42,825 nt of DNA from Myxococcota bacterium (GTDB lineage Bacteria > Myxococcota > Myxococcia > Myxococcales > Myxococcaceae), in assembly GCA_049322255.1 (NCBI GenBank), contig JBMORE010000001.1, positions 1 through 42,825 of the forward strand, written 5' to 3'. The notes beneath the pieces are model-generated. The model saw nothing but the letters and a program-made list of their open reading frames with translations, had not been told where the DNA came from and did no database searches. The position numbers and the translations under genes were made by a program. Below, piece by piece: positions 7,368 through 17,191 of this stretch (positions within the stretch are counted from its first letter, which is position 1; each line of letters opens with the position of its first letter).

Positions 7368-8731
7368 GCCCCGCGCTGTTCCCGCTCTTCTTGAAGCTGG
7401 CCGGTAAGCGGGTGCTCCTGGTGGGCGGAGGACGGGTGGCAGCGGCGAAGCTGCCCGCGTTGCTCGAGGCGGGAGCGGCGGTCCACGTGGTGGCGCCCAA
7501 GGTGCGCGCGGAGCTTTTGGGCAGCGGCGTGCCCATCGAGCACCGGGCGTTCGTCCCCGAAGATGTCGACGGCGCGTGGCTGGTGGTGGCGGCGGCGCCA
7601 GGGGAGGTGAACCGCGAGGTGGCGAGGGCCGCTGAGGCGCGGGGCGTCTTCGTCAACGCGGTGGATGATGCGGCAGTGGGCAGCGCGTACACCGGGGGAG
7701 TTCTCCGTCGGGATGGAGTCACCGTGGCCATCGGCACCCAAGGGTCGGCACCCGCGTTGGCGGGCCTTCTGCGACAAGGGCTCGATGCGTTGCTGCCCAA
7801 GGAGCTGGGCGCCTGGGTGGAGCTGGCCGTGACGCTTCGCCGCCGTCAGCGTGCCCAAGGGGTGCCGATGGAGGAGCGAAGACCGCAGCTGCTTTTGACG
7901 CTCAACTCGCTCTATCCCCACTCCTCCCTCTCCCGCTGGGAGAGGGTAAGGGTGAGGGAACCCGGCTTCGTCTCCCTCGTCGGCGCCGGGCCCGGAGACC
8001 CGGGGCTACTCACCCTCCAGGCGGTGCGGGCGCTGGAGCGGGCCGACCTCATCCTCTACGACGCGCTGGTTTCCCCCGAGGTGCTCGCCCTCGCTGTGCG
8101 GGCGAAGCGCTTCTTCGTGGGCAAGCGCGCGCGCCAAAAATCGGTGAAGCAAGAGACCATTCACCGCTTGATGGTGCGCGCGGCGCGGCGGGGCGAGCAC
8201 GTGGTGCGGCTCAAGTGCGGAGACCCCTTCGTGCTCGGCCGTGGCGGCGAAGAGGTGCTTGCGCTCTTGGAAGCGGGGGTGCCTTTCGAAGTCGTTCCCG
8301 GTGTCAGCTCGGCGGTGGCCGCGCCCGCTCTGGCCGGCATTCCCCTCACCCATCGCGGGCTGTCGTCGTCGTTCGTGGTGCTCTCCGGGCACGCGGAAGC
8401 CTCGTACGGCCCGGTGCTCGATTCGCTCCTCCCGGGCTCGATGACGGTGGTGGTGTTGATGGGGCTGGCCCACCGGTCGGAGATTGCGGCGCGGCTTGTG
8501 CGGCGCGGCTGGCCGCCCAACACCCCGGCGGCGGTGTGTCTGGCGGCGTCGACGGAGCGCTCGGTCACCTGGGTGGGGACGCTGGGGGAGCTCTCGCCCC
8601 TCACCCCGGCCGTCTCCCAAAGGGAGAGGGAGGGGGAGCCGGGGGTGCTGGTCATCGGAGAGGTGGTGGCGCTGGCCCAGGCAACGCGTCTTCCTTTTGC
8701 GCAAGGAGCTGTCCATGGCCGCGGTGGATGA
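7364..8731 (+). CDS. cysG: Siroheme synthase (precorrin-2 dehydrogenase/ferrochelatase + uroporphyrinogen-III methyltransferase)
   Basis: 'LLVGGGRVAAAK', 'VFVNAVDD', 'VSLVGAGPGDPGLLT', 'VVRLKCGDPFVLGRGGEE', 'VVPGVSS', 'GIPLTHRG'. Confidence 0.93.
   Translation: MSPALFPLFLKLAGKRVLLVGGGRVAAAKLPALLEAGAAVHVVAPKVRAELLGSGVPIEHRAFVPEDVDGAWLVVAAAPGEVNREVARAAEARGVFVNAVDDAAVGSAYTGGVLRRDGVTVAIGTQGSAPALAGLLRQGLDALLPKELGAWVELAVTLRRRQRAQGVPMEERRPQLLLTLNSLYPHSSLSRWERVRVREPGFVSLVGAGPGDPGLLTLQAVRALERADLILYDALVSPEVLALAVRAKRFFVGKRARQKSVKQETIHRLMVRAARRGEHVVRLKCGDPFVLGRGGEEVLALLEAGVPFEVVPGVSSAVAAPALAGIPLTHRGLSSSFVVLSGHAEASYGPVLDSLLPGSMTVVVLMGLAHRSEIAARLVRRGWPPNTPAAVCLAASTERSVTWVGTLGELSPLTPAVSQREREGEPGVLVIGEVVALAQATRLPFAQGAVHGRGG
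7926..7958 (-). repeat. 33-bp hairpin repeat, copy A (in cysG inter-domain linker)
   Basis: + strand ccctctccc-gct-gggagaggg-taagggtgaggg; read in cysG as SLSRWERVRVRE. Confidence 0.9.
8598..8630 (+). repeat. 33-bp hairpin repeat, copy B (in cysG C-terminal region)
   Basis: ccctcaccccgg-ccgtctccc-aaa-gggagaggg; read as PLTPAVSQRERE. Confidence 0.88.
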
Positions 8732-10550
8732 CCCCAAGACGCTGGGCCGGGCCCGCCTCTCCTTCGCCAGCGAGGCGGACATCGACGAGCTCGCCGAGGT
8801 GCTGGCGAAGTTCGAGCGCGGAGAAATCAGCGCTGACCAGTGGCGCGCTTTCCGCCTGGTGCGCGGCACCTACGGGCAGCGGCAGAACGGCGACCTCTCG
8901 ATGCTCCGGGCGAAGATTCCCCAAGGGGTGCTCACCGCCGAGCAGCTTTTGGCGCTGGCCCGGGTGGGAGAAAAGTACTCGCGCGGCTTTGGGCACATCA
9001 CCACCCGGCAGAACATGCAGTTTCACTTCATGAAGCTTGGCGACGTCGAGCCGGCGATGCGTGAGCTGGCCGCCGCCGGGCTCACCACCCGCGAAGCGTG
9101 CGGCAACTCGGTGCGCAACATCACCTGCTGCCCCTACGCCGGCGTCAGCGCCGACGAAGTCTTCGACGTCACTCCCTATGCCGAGGCGCTCACCCGCTAC
9201 CTCTTGCGCCATCCTTTGAGCTCCTCGCTTCCGCGCAAGTTCAAGATTGCCGCCGAGGGCTGCCGCGAAGACCATGTCCTCACCGCCATCAACGACCTGG
9301 GCATCCGGGCCGCGCTGCACGAGGGCCAGCGCGGCTTTCGCATCACCGCCGGCGGCGGCACCGCCATCAAGTGCCAAAGCGGCAACCTCCTCCACCCGTT
9401 CCTTCCTGCCGGGCAGCTTTTCGAGGTGGCCGAGTCCCTCTTACGCGTCTTCCATCGCATGGGCGACCGTGAGCACCGCCAACGCAACCGGATGAAGTTC
9501 CTCGTCGCTCAGCTCGGGTGGGACGCCTTCCGCGCCGAGTACGAGAAGGCGCGCGCGCGAGTCATCGCCGAGGGCGCTCCCACGCTCCCCTTCCCTCCTC
9601 AAGCTCCTCCCGAGGAAGCGGCGCCGAGCTGGGTAAGGCCGCCGGCGCCTGCTGCGGAAGCCTCGGCCGCCCGCGCCACCCAGACGCCGGTGAAGGGCCC
9701 GGGCCTGGTTCCGGACATTCAACCGGCGCTCGAGCTCGACCCCGAGGCACATCGACGGTGGCGACGCTTCAACTTGCGTCCGCAGAAGCAGCCCGGCTTC
9801 GTCATGGTAGTGGCCACGGTGCCTTTGGGCGACGTGACCTCCTCACAACTTTTGGTGCTCGCCGACCTCTGCCGCTCCTACGGGGACGGGCAGGTGCGCG
9901 TCACCACCGAGCAGGATTTGCTCTTGCGCTGGGTGCGCGAGGAGGACGTGGAGGCGGTGCACCGCCAGCTCTTGGCCATCGGGTTGGGCCTGCCCGACGC
10001 GGGGACGGTTTCCGACGTCACCAGCTGCCCCGGCGCCGAGTCGTGCAAGCTGGCCGTCACCCAGTCACGCGGGCTGGGCAAGCTCTTGGGTGACTTCTTG
10101 CGCGCCCGGCCCGAGCTGGTGGCGGCGGCCCCGGACGTGAAAATCAAAATCTCCGGCTGCCCCAACGGGTGCGGGTTGCACCACGTCGCCGGCATCGGCT
10201 TTCAGGGCAGCATTCGCAAAGTGGGCGCCAAGGTGGTGCCGCAGTACTTCGTGATGCTCGGTGGCGGCGTCACCTCAGAGGGAGCAGGCTTCGGCCGCAT
10301 CGCCGCCAAAATTCCCGCGCGGCGCATCCCCGAGGCGCTCGAGCGGCTCCTTCGGCTCTATCAACGGCAAAGACACGTGGAGGAGTCGGGCACCGGCTTC
10401 TTCCGCCGCGTCGAGCTGGGTGAGGTGAAGGCGATGCTCGCCGACCTGGAGGTGATGACTCCTCAGAGCGCCGTTCCCGATGACTACGTCGACCTGGGCG
10501 AGACGCAGGAGTTCAAGCCGGAGACGACCGAAGGCGAGTGCGCCGCTTAA
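8715..10550 (+). CDS. sir: Sulfite/nitrite reductase hemoprotein (siroheme, [4Fe-4S])
   Basis: AAGGAG RBS; 'GTYGQRQ', 'HITTRQNMQ', 'LPRKFKIA', 'TSCPGAESC', 'ISGCPNGCG'; operon context indicates sulfite. Confidence 0.9.
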   Translation: MAAVDDPKTLGRARLSFASEADIDELAEVLAKFERGEISADQWRAFRLVRGTYGQRQNGDLSMLRAKIPQGVLTAEQLLALARVGEKYSRGFGHITTRQNMQFHFMKLGDVEPAMRELAAAGLTTREACGNSVRNITCCPYAGVSADEVFDVTPYAEALTRYLLRHPLSSSLPRKFKIAAEGCREDHVLTAINDLGIRAALHEGQRGFRITAGGGTAIKCQSGNLLHPFLPAGQLFEVAESLLRVFHRMGDREHRQRNRMKFLVAQLGWDAFRAEYEKARARVIAEGAPTLPFPPQAPPEEAAPSWVRPPAPAAEASAARATQTPVKGPGLVPDIQPALELDPEAHRRWRRFNLRPQKQPGFVMVVATVPLGDVTSSQLLVLADLCRSYGDGQVRVTTEQDLLLRWVREEDVEAVHRQLLAIGLGLPDAGTVSDVTSCPGAESCKLAVTQSRGLGKLLGDFLRARPELVAAAPDVKIKISGCPNGCGLHHVAGIGFQGSIRKVGAKVVPQYFVMLGGGVTSEGAGFGRIAAKIPARRIPEALERLLRLYQRQRHVEESGTGFFRRVELGEVKAMLADLEVMTPQSAVPDDYVDLGETQEFKPETTEGECAA

Positions 10551-10567
10551 GGTCGAAACGAGCCGCC

Positions 10568-10601
10568 CCGGGCGAGCACCGCGATGGCGATGCCCGCCCG
10601 G
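10568..10601. terminator. Imperfect GC-rich hairpin between convergent genes
   Basis: ccgggcg...cgcccgg arms with inner cgc/gcg pairing; no clear U-tract. Confidence 0.3.
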
Positions 10602-10615
10602 AAGTCTTCAAAACG

Positions 10616-11206
10616 CTACTTGATTCGCTGCTGCATCGGCTCGATGGGTGACTTTTCCTCCTCCATGGGAGAAGGCTCTACCTCGCCCGCGCCGCCCACG
10701 CCCATCTGCGAGGGCTGCACGTATTGGTAGGAGCGCACGTCGAGCGCCTGCCACAGCTTTCCTTTCTTCTGCAGGAGAGCGACGACGTGGAGCTTCTGCT
10801 CGCCGACGGGGCGGCCTTCGGGCTTCATCCCCTGAATCGTCTCCTCCGCGTCCACCAAGGCGAGGTCGCTGGGCAACAGGCGCACCGTGGTCACATTCAA
10901 CGTGAGCTTGGTGCCCTTCATTGTCTGCTGATGTTCCTTGGCGAAGTGGCGCTCGATGTCCTTGCGCCCCTTGGCTTGTTCACCTGCGGGGTCGATGAGT
11001 GTTGCGTCCTGGACGAAGTGTTCCGCCATCTTCGCCGGGTCGCCCGCGTTCCACGCCTGTTCGTACTGTTTGGCCCTCGCCCGAATCGCATCCACCTCGG
11101 CCTGCTGGGCCTTGCTCATCTTCGCCTGCGGGCTTTTCTCTTCCTGCGCGAACACCGGGGCGGCCAAAAGGACCGCCGCGATGCACCACGGCCGTGCTAC
11201 TCGCAT
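10616..11206 (-). CDS. Secreted SnoaL/NTF2-like protein (SgcJ/EcaC, DUF4440-like)
   Basis: Signal peptide ending 'PVFA-Q'; 'YEQAWNAGD...F..DATLIDPAG...KGRKDIE...VRLLPSDLALVD'. Confidence 0.8.
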   Translation of the reverse strand: MRVARPWCIAAVLLAAPVFAQEEKSPQAKMSKAQQAEVDAIRARAKQYEQAWNAGDPAKMAEHFVQDATLIDPAGEQAKGRKDIERHFAKEHQQTMKGTKLTLNVTTVRLLPSDLALVDAEETIQGMKPEGRPVGEQKLHVVALLQKKGKLWQALDVRSYQYVQPSQMGVGGAGEVEPSPMEEEKSPIEPMQQRIK

Positions 11207-11312
11207 CTGGTTCCCCTCCTGCCGACCGCGACAGGCGATCGGTGGAAAGAACGGTGCGGACGCTCGCGCCATCGGCAAGCACCGCCTGCTCGGTCTTCTG
11301 TGGGACAGGCGC

Positions 11313-13823
11313 TCAGACGTCGACGTTCGCCCGGGGGCTGTGGGCCAGGCTCTTCTCCCACCGGGTCACCGCTTCCTCGCGTTCGGGCGCTGGGCCATCG
11401 GCGAAGTAGCCCAGGTTGTCGTTGAACACCTTGGAGAGCTCTTCGATGGCGGAGAGCCGAATGTCGAGCTCCTTGTGGCGAAGCGCGGCCACCAGCCACT
11501 CCGCCCGGCGGCGGTGCCGGTTCTCCGCCCACCACGCCGTCCACTGGCGCGGCTGGGTGCCGAAGGAGGCCTTGGTGATTTCGCGCAGGGCCTCGGCGGC
11601 GGCTTGAGCACACAGCTGGTCGTCCGATCCGGTGAGGCCAATCAGCCCGTCGATGCTCTCGCGGTCGTGCAGGTTGCCCAGCGCACGCGCGGCGAGCGAG
11701 CGGCGCAACGGGTCGCGGGCGGCCAGCTCCTGGCGCAGGTCCTTCATCGCCGCGTCGAAGCGGGGCAGCCGCCGCAACGAGGTGGCGGCCACCCGCGCCG
11801 CGGAGGAGATGTCCGGCTCGAGGTCGAACAACCCGCGCAGCACGCCGTCCACCAGCTCGGGGTAGGGCAGGTTGCCCGCCGTGAGCAGCGCCAGGTAGCG
11901 CACGTCGGGTTGGTCGCTGTCGAGCAGCGGGGAGAGCGCCTGCGCCCCCGGGCGGCCCAGCCGCGAAAGCGCCGCGGGAATGGGGCCCAGCTCGTCGGCC
12001 TCCGGCAGCTCCACCACCGGCAGCCGCGACCAGGCGGTGGGCCCGGGAAAGGCCTGGGCCAAGACGCGCGCCGACGCCTCGGGAGAGCGCGACAGCTCGG
12101 CCATCGCCCGCGCGCGCTGGGCGGCGTCGGGGCCCACCAAGCGTTGCAGCACTGGGCCGAAGTCCGGAGGCGGTCGCTCCTCCTCGGACGAGGCGACGCC
12201 CGGCAGGCCCGCGGCTCGGCCGACGGCAGCGGTCGAACCGGTGGCGGACGGGCTCCAGCTCGAGCCGCGCGCTTGCATGCCTGAAGGCGCTGAGTGGCTG
12301 GCCAGCGCGGCGCTCATCGCCGACAGCTCGGCCACCGCGGGCTCGTCGGCCAGGGCGGAGCTCACCTTGCGCTTGCGCAAGACGATGAGCTCTTGGAAGG
12401 CGCCCGCCAGGTCCTGGCAGAACAGCAACAGGTCGGAGAGCTTGCGCTGGCTCACCGGCTTCTGCCCGCTGTCGCCGTAGAGAATCGCCACCAGCCGCCC
12501 CTTCACCTCCACGGGAAAGAGGAACACCGTGCGCGGGGCGCGGCCAAGCATGCCCAGGAAGTGCTGGGTGAGCGAGTCGGCCGGCACCGGGCCTACATAG
12601 CTGCCGCGGGTCATCGCCACCGTGCGAAACACGCTGGCCGCGTCGAGGGGAATCGACACCTGGCTCACCCACGCAGGGTCGGCTCCCTCGCCGCGGGCGT
12701 CCCACCCCAGCGCCGCACCACGCACGGTCGCGAAGGCCGCGGTGAAGTCGAAGGTGCGCCGGGCATAGCGCAGCGCCACGTCGACGATGCGGTCGCGATC
12801 GCGCACCGCCGCTTGGAGCGCCTCGCGCGCTTGCGAAAGCGACCAGTCGGGCACTTCGCCCACCGGTACTTCTCGGGTGGAGGTGCCAGGCGCAGTCTCG
12901 GGGGAGGGAGTGGACGCCACAGCAGGCTTCACCGCCCGCATCTCCTTCACCGTGGGCACCTCGTGCACCAAGTCGCTGGAGGGAAGAGGCAGCTCGCGCT
13001 CGGGCAGCGGCGACGGCGGCGGGGTGAACGCGGCCTTCGAGGGGGGCACCTGCCACGCATCCTGCTGCCGGCCGGGCACCGATGGGGGCACGGCCGGCAT
13101 CGAGGTGGCCTCGCGGGCGAAAGCGGCGTACCCCTTGGTGTCGAGCACCACCGTTTCCATCCGCTCGTGAATGCCGGGCGAGGTCAGGGGCGTCTTCTTC
13201 TTCACCTCGAGGGGAATCGGCTCTTCGAGGATTTGGCCGAGCGACTCTTCCAAGGTGGTGCTCTCCACCAGGTTGCTGGGGGCGCGGCTTCGAGGGGCGG
13301 CGTTCTCCGCCGGCTGGGAAGGCTTGGGCGCAGGGGTGACGGGGAGTGGTCGGCTGGGGTCGATCGCTGCCAAGAGGTTGGCAAAGCGCGCCGGGAGGGG
13401 CTGCTTGTAGATGTGCGCCACCCAGTCGCGCACTCGGCACTCGAGGGCAATCCACAGCTCGAGTCGCTTGCCGAGGAGAAAGCCCACCTCTTGTAGCTGC
13501 TGCAACGGCACCGGGTAGCTGCAGGCGACGTGCAAGACGTCGGACTCCACCGAGAGGGGCGTGACAGAGAGCCGGTCTGCCAGCTTGGGTGGAATCAAGG
13601 CCGCCATCTCGGGGTTCGGCTCGAAGTCGGAGAGGTTGACCAGACGAATGCCCGAAACGTCTGCGAGCGCCTGCAGCATGCCCGCCTCGGAGATGACGCC
13701 TTGTTCGAGCAGCACCGTGTCCAGCGCCCCCCCGGCAATGGCTTGACGCCGCACCGCCTCCTCCACGCGATCGGCGGGGAGCAGACCCCGCGCAATCAGG
13801 TGCTTTGCCAGCCGGGTGGGCAT
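11313..13823 (-). CDS. frgA: FrgA-like protein: degenerate MshEN/GSPII_N domain, Pro-rich linker, GAF-like region, HEAT repeats
   Basis: N-terminus 'MPTRLAKHLIARGLL...ALDTVLLEQG...DFEPNPEMAALIPPKLADRL' and C-terminal HEAT repeats; resembles Myxococcus FrgA as recalled, not searched. Confidence 0.6.
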   Translation of the reverse strand: MPTRLAKHLIARGLLPADRVEEAVRRQAIAGGALDTVLLEQGVISEAGMLQALADVSGIRLVNLSDFEPNPEMAALIPPKLADRLSVTPLSVESDVLHVACSYPVPLQQLQEVGFLLGKRLELWIALECRVRDWVAHIYKQPLPARFANLLAAIDPSRPLPVTPAPKPSQPAENAAPRSRAPSNLVESTTLEESLGQILEEPIPLEVKKKTPLTSPGIHERMETVVLDTKGYAAFAREATSMPAVPPSVPGRQQDAWQVPPSKAAFTPPPSPLPERELPLPSSDLVHEVPTVKEMRAVKPAVASTPSPETAPGTSTREVPVGEVPDWSLSQAREALQAAVRDRDRIVDVALRYARRTFDFTAAFATVRGAALGWDARGEGADPAWVSQVSIPLDAASVFRTVAMTRGSYVGPVPADSLTQHFLGMLGRAPRTVFLFPVEVKGRLVAILYGDSGQKPVSQRKLSDLLLFCQDLAGAFQELIVLRKRKVSSALADEPAVAELSAMSAALASHSAPSGMQARGSSWSPSATGSTAAVGRAAGLPGVASSEEERPPPDFGPVLQRLVGPDAAQRARAMAELSRSPEASARVLAQAFPGPTAWSRLPVVELPEADELGPIPAALSRLGRPGAQALSPLLDSDQPDVRYLALLTAGNLPYPELVDGVLRGLFDLEPDISSAARVAATSLRRLPRFDAAMKDLRQELAARDPLRRSLAARALGNLHDRESIDGLIGLTGSDDQLCAQAAAEALREITKASFGTQPRQWTAWWAENRHRRRAEWLVAALRHKELDIRLSAIEELSKVFNDNLGYFADGPAPEREEAVTRWEKSLAHSPRANVDV

Positions 13824-13899
13824 GCGCGCGGCATCTTACGGGGCGGGTGCGCCTCGTCCAGCGGATCTAGGAAGTTGGGCGAGCGTCGGCCTGCGAGGT

Positions 13900-15132
13900 T
13901 TAGGTCAGCTGCACCACGAACGTGGAGGTGAGCTTGTCGTGGAGCGTCTGCCCTTGGCGGTCGAAGAGGGCGAGCCAGAAGCCGCCGAGGAAGAAGGCGA
14001 AGGAGAAAGTGGAGAGCAGCGCGCGCACCAACGCCCGGGTGGGAGTGGGGGCCGTGCCGGAGCGATCCACCAGACGAATGCGGAACACCCAGCGCCCCGG
14101 CGTGCGTCCTTGCCAGAGGAAGGCGAAGAGCGCGCAGTAGACCAACGCCAGCAGCGCGGCGAGGACGACGCCGGGCACCACGATGGCTTGATGGGTGCGT
14201 ACCCGCGTCACCAAAGCGTCGAGCCAGCCGAAGTCACTCGCGGGAACTTGCGCTCCGCTGATGGCCGAAGCCACCAAGAGGTAGAGCCCCACCACCAGCC
14301 CGACGGCGAGCACGTCGACCAGCCAGGCGCCGAGGCGACGCCACAGCGCGGCGGGACGGGCGCGAACCTCTCCCTCCGGCAGCGCTTCGGTAGCCTCGGA
14401 TCGGGCCTCCAAGTCCAAAGGCAGCGAGTCGGGCGAAGGCGCGCCAGGGGCGTCGAGCTTGAGGGTGGGGCGCTCGTGGAAGGGCAGCTCGGAGGGCGCC
14501 TTCGCCGCCGTCGGCGTGCCCGGATTCACGGGGGGCGCGAAAGGAGGAACGCGTGGTGCGGCGGAAGGCGGAGGCGGAGGAGGAGACACCGGTGCGCGGG
14601 GAGCAGCGGAAGGAGCCGGAGGAGACGTCGACGCGCGGGGCGCGGCGGAAGACATCGGAGGAGAAACCAGCGTGTGAGGCGCGGCGGAAGGTGCAACCTG
14701 AGACCCCGGTGCGCGAGGCACGGCGGAAGGCGGCGGAGGAGACACCGGCGCGCGGGGCGCGGCGGAAGGCACAGCCGGAGATGATGTCAGCGCGCGCGGC
14801 GGAGAAACCGGTGGCCCGGGGCGTTGGCCGACGGGGGCTCCTCCAGAGGGGGGAGCAGGCGGCAGCGGCATCGTCGGACGCTGGCCTTCAGGCAAAGGCC
14901 GAGCCGCCGACGGGTACTGCGGCGGCGCGCCGCCTTTGCGGGACAGGTCGGCGAAGCTGGGGACGGGCCGCTGCGTGGCAGGCGCGGGGGGCCGCGCGGG
15001 CGTCTGCCGGCGGTCCATGTGCAGCTCCTTTTCCAGCAGCTTGGGAGTGATGCCTGGAACTTGGCCGGCGGCGCACGCGGTGCACTCCCCTACCGGGGGA
15101 AGCTCGGCGCCGCAGTGAAGGCACTTGGACAC
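13900..15132 (-). CDS. RDD family membrane protein with N-terminal CxxC..CxxC and Pro-rich tandem repeats
   Basis: 'PAALWRRLGAWLVD', 'GRTPGRWVFRIRLVD', 'FDRQGQTLHDKLTSTFVV'; N-terminal 'CLHCG...ECTAC'. Confidence 0.88.
   Translation of the reverse strand: MSKCLHCGAELPPVGECTACAAGQVPGITPKLLEKELHMDRRQTPARPPAPATQRPVPSFADLSRKGGAPPQYPSAARPLPEGQRPTMPLPPAPPSGGAPVGQRPGPPVSPPRALTSSPAVPSAAPRAPVSPPPPSAVPRAPGSQVAPSAAPHTLVSPPMSSAAPRASTSPPAPSAAPRAPVSPPPPPPSAAPRVPPFAPPVNPGTPTAAKAPSELPFHERPTLKLDAPGAPSPDSLPLDLEARSEATEALPEGEVRARPAALWRRLGAWLVDVLAVGLVVGLYLLVASAISGAQVPASDFGWLDALVTRVRTHQAIVVPGVVLAALLALVYCALFAFLWQGRTPGRWVFRIRLVDRSGTAPTPTRALVRALLSTFSFAFFLGGFWLALFDRQGQTLHDKLTSTFVVQLT
14530..14770 (-). repeat. In-frame 39-bp tandem repeat, about 6 units (PSAAPRAPVSPPP)
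   Basis: A gcggcggaag-like core recurs near 14558, 14603, 14642, 14681, 14720 and 14759 (spacing 45, 39, 39, 39, 39). Confidence 0.85.
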
Positions 15133-15183
15133 GCGCCTAGGAGACGACGAAGGCGGCGCGCGATCAAGATTTGATTCGACGGG

Positions 15184-15447
15184 TCAGGTGACTGCTCGTC
15201 TCTTTCCGACGAGGCCGACCAGCGCCAGCACGAGGAAGGCGCCCACCACCGACAAGATGAGCCCGCTCGCCTGCAGCCTGGCCACTCCTCCTTCCCCGAA
15301 CAGCGAGCCGATGAGCCCTCCGATGAGCGAGCCGGCCATGCCCAGCAAGGTGGTCGCGATGAGCCCCATGGGCTGCTTGCCAGGCATGACGGCCCTAGCG
15401 ATGAGTCCGGCAATCAAGCCGATGAGGATGAACGTGATGATTCCCAT
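15184..15447 (-). CDS. GlsB/YeaQ/YmgE (transglycosylase-associated) membrane protein
   Basis: 'IITFILIGLIAGLIARAVMPGKQPMGLIATTLLGMAGSLIGG...SVVGAFLVL'. Confidence 0.9.
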   Translation of the reverse strand: MGIITFILIGLIAGLIARAVMPGKQPMGLIATTLLGMAGSLIGGLIGSLFGEGGVARLQASGLILSVVGAFLVLALVGLVGKRRAVT

Positions 15448-15561
15448 CTTTTGCCTCCGACGGTGATTTGCCCCAAGGGTGGGACGCTGGCGGTCGATTC
15501 GCCCGGTTGGCCGGGCGCGCGCCTTCGAAGCCGAACGGTGGCTTGCCCGCCCGAGCGCTCC

Positions 15562-16299
15562 TCAGCCGAGCTCACCGTCCAAGTGGAGCAAAAGCGCCAG
15601 GGCCGCCAGCGAAGCAGTCTCGGTGCGCAGCACCCGTGCGCCCAGCGTCACCGGCACCCCGCCCAAGGAGGCGAGCGCCTGCCGCTCCTCGTCGTCGAGG
15701 CCACCTTCGGGTCCCACTACCAAGGCCACCGGCGCTCCTTCTGCGCGCACGGAGGTAAAAGCCTGCGAGAGGGTGACCGCGCGGGCCGCCTCGTCGAGCA
15801 CCAGAATGCGAGTGCCCGCGGGCAACGCGCGCACCGCTTCGAGGAGCGGCCGCACCGGCAAGACGTCGGGAATGTCGCTGCGCCCGCACTGGCGCGCTGC
15901 CTCCTCGGCGATGCGGCGCCAACGTGAAAGCCTGCTCGCCGCGCGCTCATCCGACAGGCGCACCACGCTGCGCGCCGTCGTCACCGGGGCAAAGGAAGTC
16001 GCGCCCAGCTCGGTGCCGTGCTGCAACACCCGCTCCAGCTTGTCAGCCTTGGGCAACCCCTGCACCAGCACGAGGGGGCGGCGCGGGGGAGCGGCGCGGG
16101 GGCTTCCCAGCGCGAGCTGGGCGTGGTCCTCGCTGGCGGCGGCGATGTGCGCCTCGAAGGCTCGGCCCCGGCCGTCGAAGACCTCGAGGACGTCTCCCTT
16201 CGCCACCCGCAAGACGCGAGCGAGGTAGTGCCAGCGCGCGCCCTCCACTCGGAGCTGCGCGGGCACCTCTTCGGGCACGGGTAGGAAAAGCCGCACCAT
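15562..16299 (-). CDS. rsmE: 16S rRNA (uracil1498-N3)-methyltransferase
   Basis: 'HYLARVLRV', 'GTELGA', 'EAARQCGR', 'VGPEGGL', 'LGARVLRTETA'. Confidence 0.95.
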   Translation of the reverse strand: MVRLFLPVPEEVPAQLRVEGARWHYLARVLRVAKGDVLEVFDGRGRAFEAHIAAASEDHAQLALGSPRAAPPRRPLVLVQGLPKADKLERVLQHGTELGATSFAPVTTARSVVRLSDERAASRLSRWRRIAEEAARQCGRSDIPDVLPVRPLLEAVRALPAGTRILVLDEAARAVTLSQAFTSVRAEGAPVALVVGPEGGLDDEERQALASLGGVPVTLGARVLRTETASLAALALLLHLDGELG

Positions 16300-16301
16300 G
16301 G

Positions 16302-17171
16302 CTACCCGCGCTCGAAGTCCAGCCGCACCCAGTCGTCCTGGGAAGGCGAGGGGAGCGGGCGCAAGCCCTGCGCGACATAAGCCGCCTCCACCTCGGCGCG
16401 CTGGTGGGCGAGCACCCCGGCCAACACCAGCCGGCGGCCCACCTTCTTCGCGAGGGCGGGAGCGAGCTCCACCAGGGTGTTGGCGAGGATGTTGGCCAGC
16501 ACCAAGTCGAAGGTGCCCTCCACCTGGTCGAGGGTGCGGCCGGAGAGCTCCAGCTCCCCGACGCCGTTCTCGGCGGCTGCCTCTTGGGCGAGGGTGACCG
16601 AGAGAGGGTCGTTGTCCACTCCCACCACCCGGGCGGCGCCGAGCTTCTTGGCGGCGATGGCGAGCACGCCGGTGCCGGTGCCCACGTCGAGCACGCTCGC
16701 CTGGGGGTGCGCGGCCAGGTACTCGTCGACGGCGGCGAGGCACAAGGAGGTGGTGGGGTGGTCGCCGGTGCCAAAGGCCATCTTCGGCTCGATGACGATG
16801 CGCTCTTTGTCTTGGGGAGCGGCGTCCTTCTCCCAGGGTGGCCCCACCCACAGGCGGCCCACCTGCACCGAGCGGATGAGGGCTTTCCACGCGTTGGACC
16901 AATCTTGCTCGGGGACGTCGGCGAGCACCATTCGCGCGTCGGGAAATTCGGCGGCGACTTGCTGGCGCGCCTGTTCGGCAGCCGCCTGCGAGTCGAAGTA
17001 GGCGACCACGATGGCTTCACCCGGAAGCGGGCCGCGCACTCCGGGCATGGGCGGAGCTTCGGCGTCGCGCACCTCGAGCCCCAGCGCGCCCAGCTCGTGC
17101 AAGAGCGCCTCGAGAAGCTCGGCGCTCTGTTCGTCGAGGTCGACGGTCAAGGAGACAAAGTGCCCGGCCAT
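16302..17171 (-). CDS. prmA: Ribosomal protein L11 methyltransferase
   Basis: 'QDWSNAWK', 'IEPKMAFGTGDHPTT', 'VLDVGTGTGVLAI', 'ANILA'. Confidence 0.95.
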   Translation of the reverse strand: MAGHFVSLTVDLDEQSAELLEALLHELGALGLEVRDAEAPPMPGVRGPLPGEAIVVAYFDSQAAAEQARQQVAAEFPDARMVLADVPEQDWSNAWKALIRSVQVGRLWVGPPWEKDAAPQDKERIVIEPKMAFGTGDHPTTSLCLAAVDEYLAAHPQASVLDVGTGTGVLAIAAKKLGAARVVGVDNDPLSVTLAQEAAAENGVGELELSGRTLDQVEGTFDLVLANILANTLVELAPALAKKVGRRLVLAGVLAHQRAEVEAAYVAQGLRPLPSPSQDDWVRLDFERG

Positions 17172-17191
17172 GACCTCCTTTTAGCCCGGCC

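Noticed and set aside
14530..14770. Regularly spaced repeats as a possible CRISPR array
   Set aside because: Contiguous in-frame 39-bp units with no unique spacers and no cas genes.
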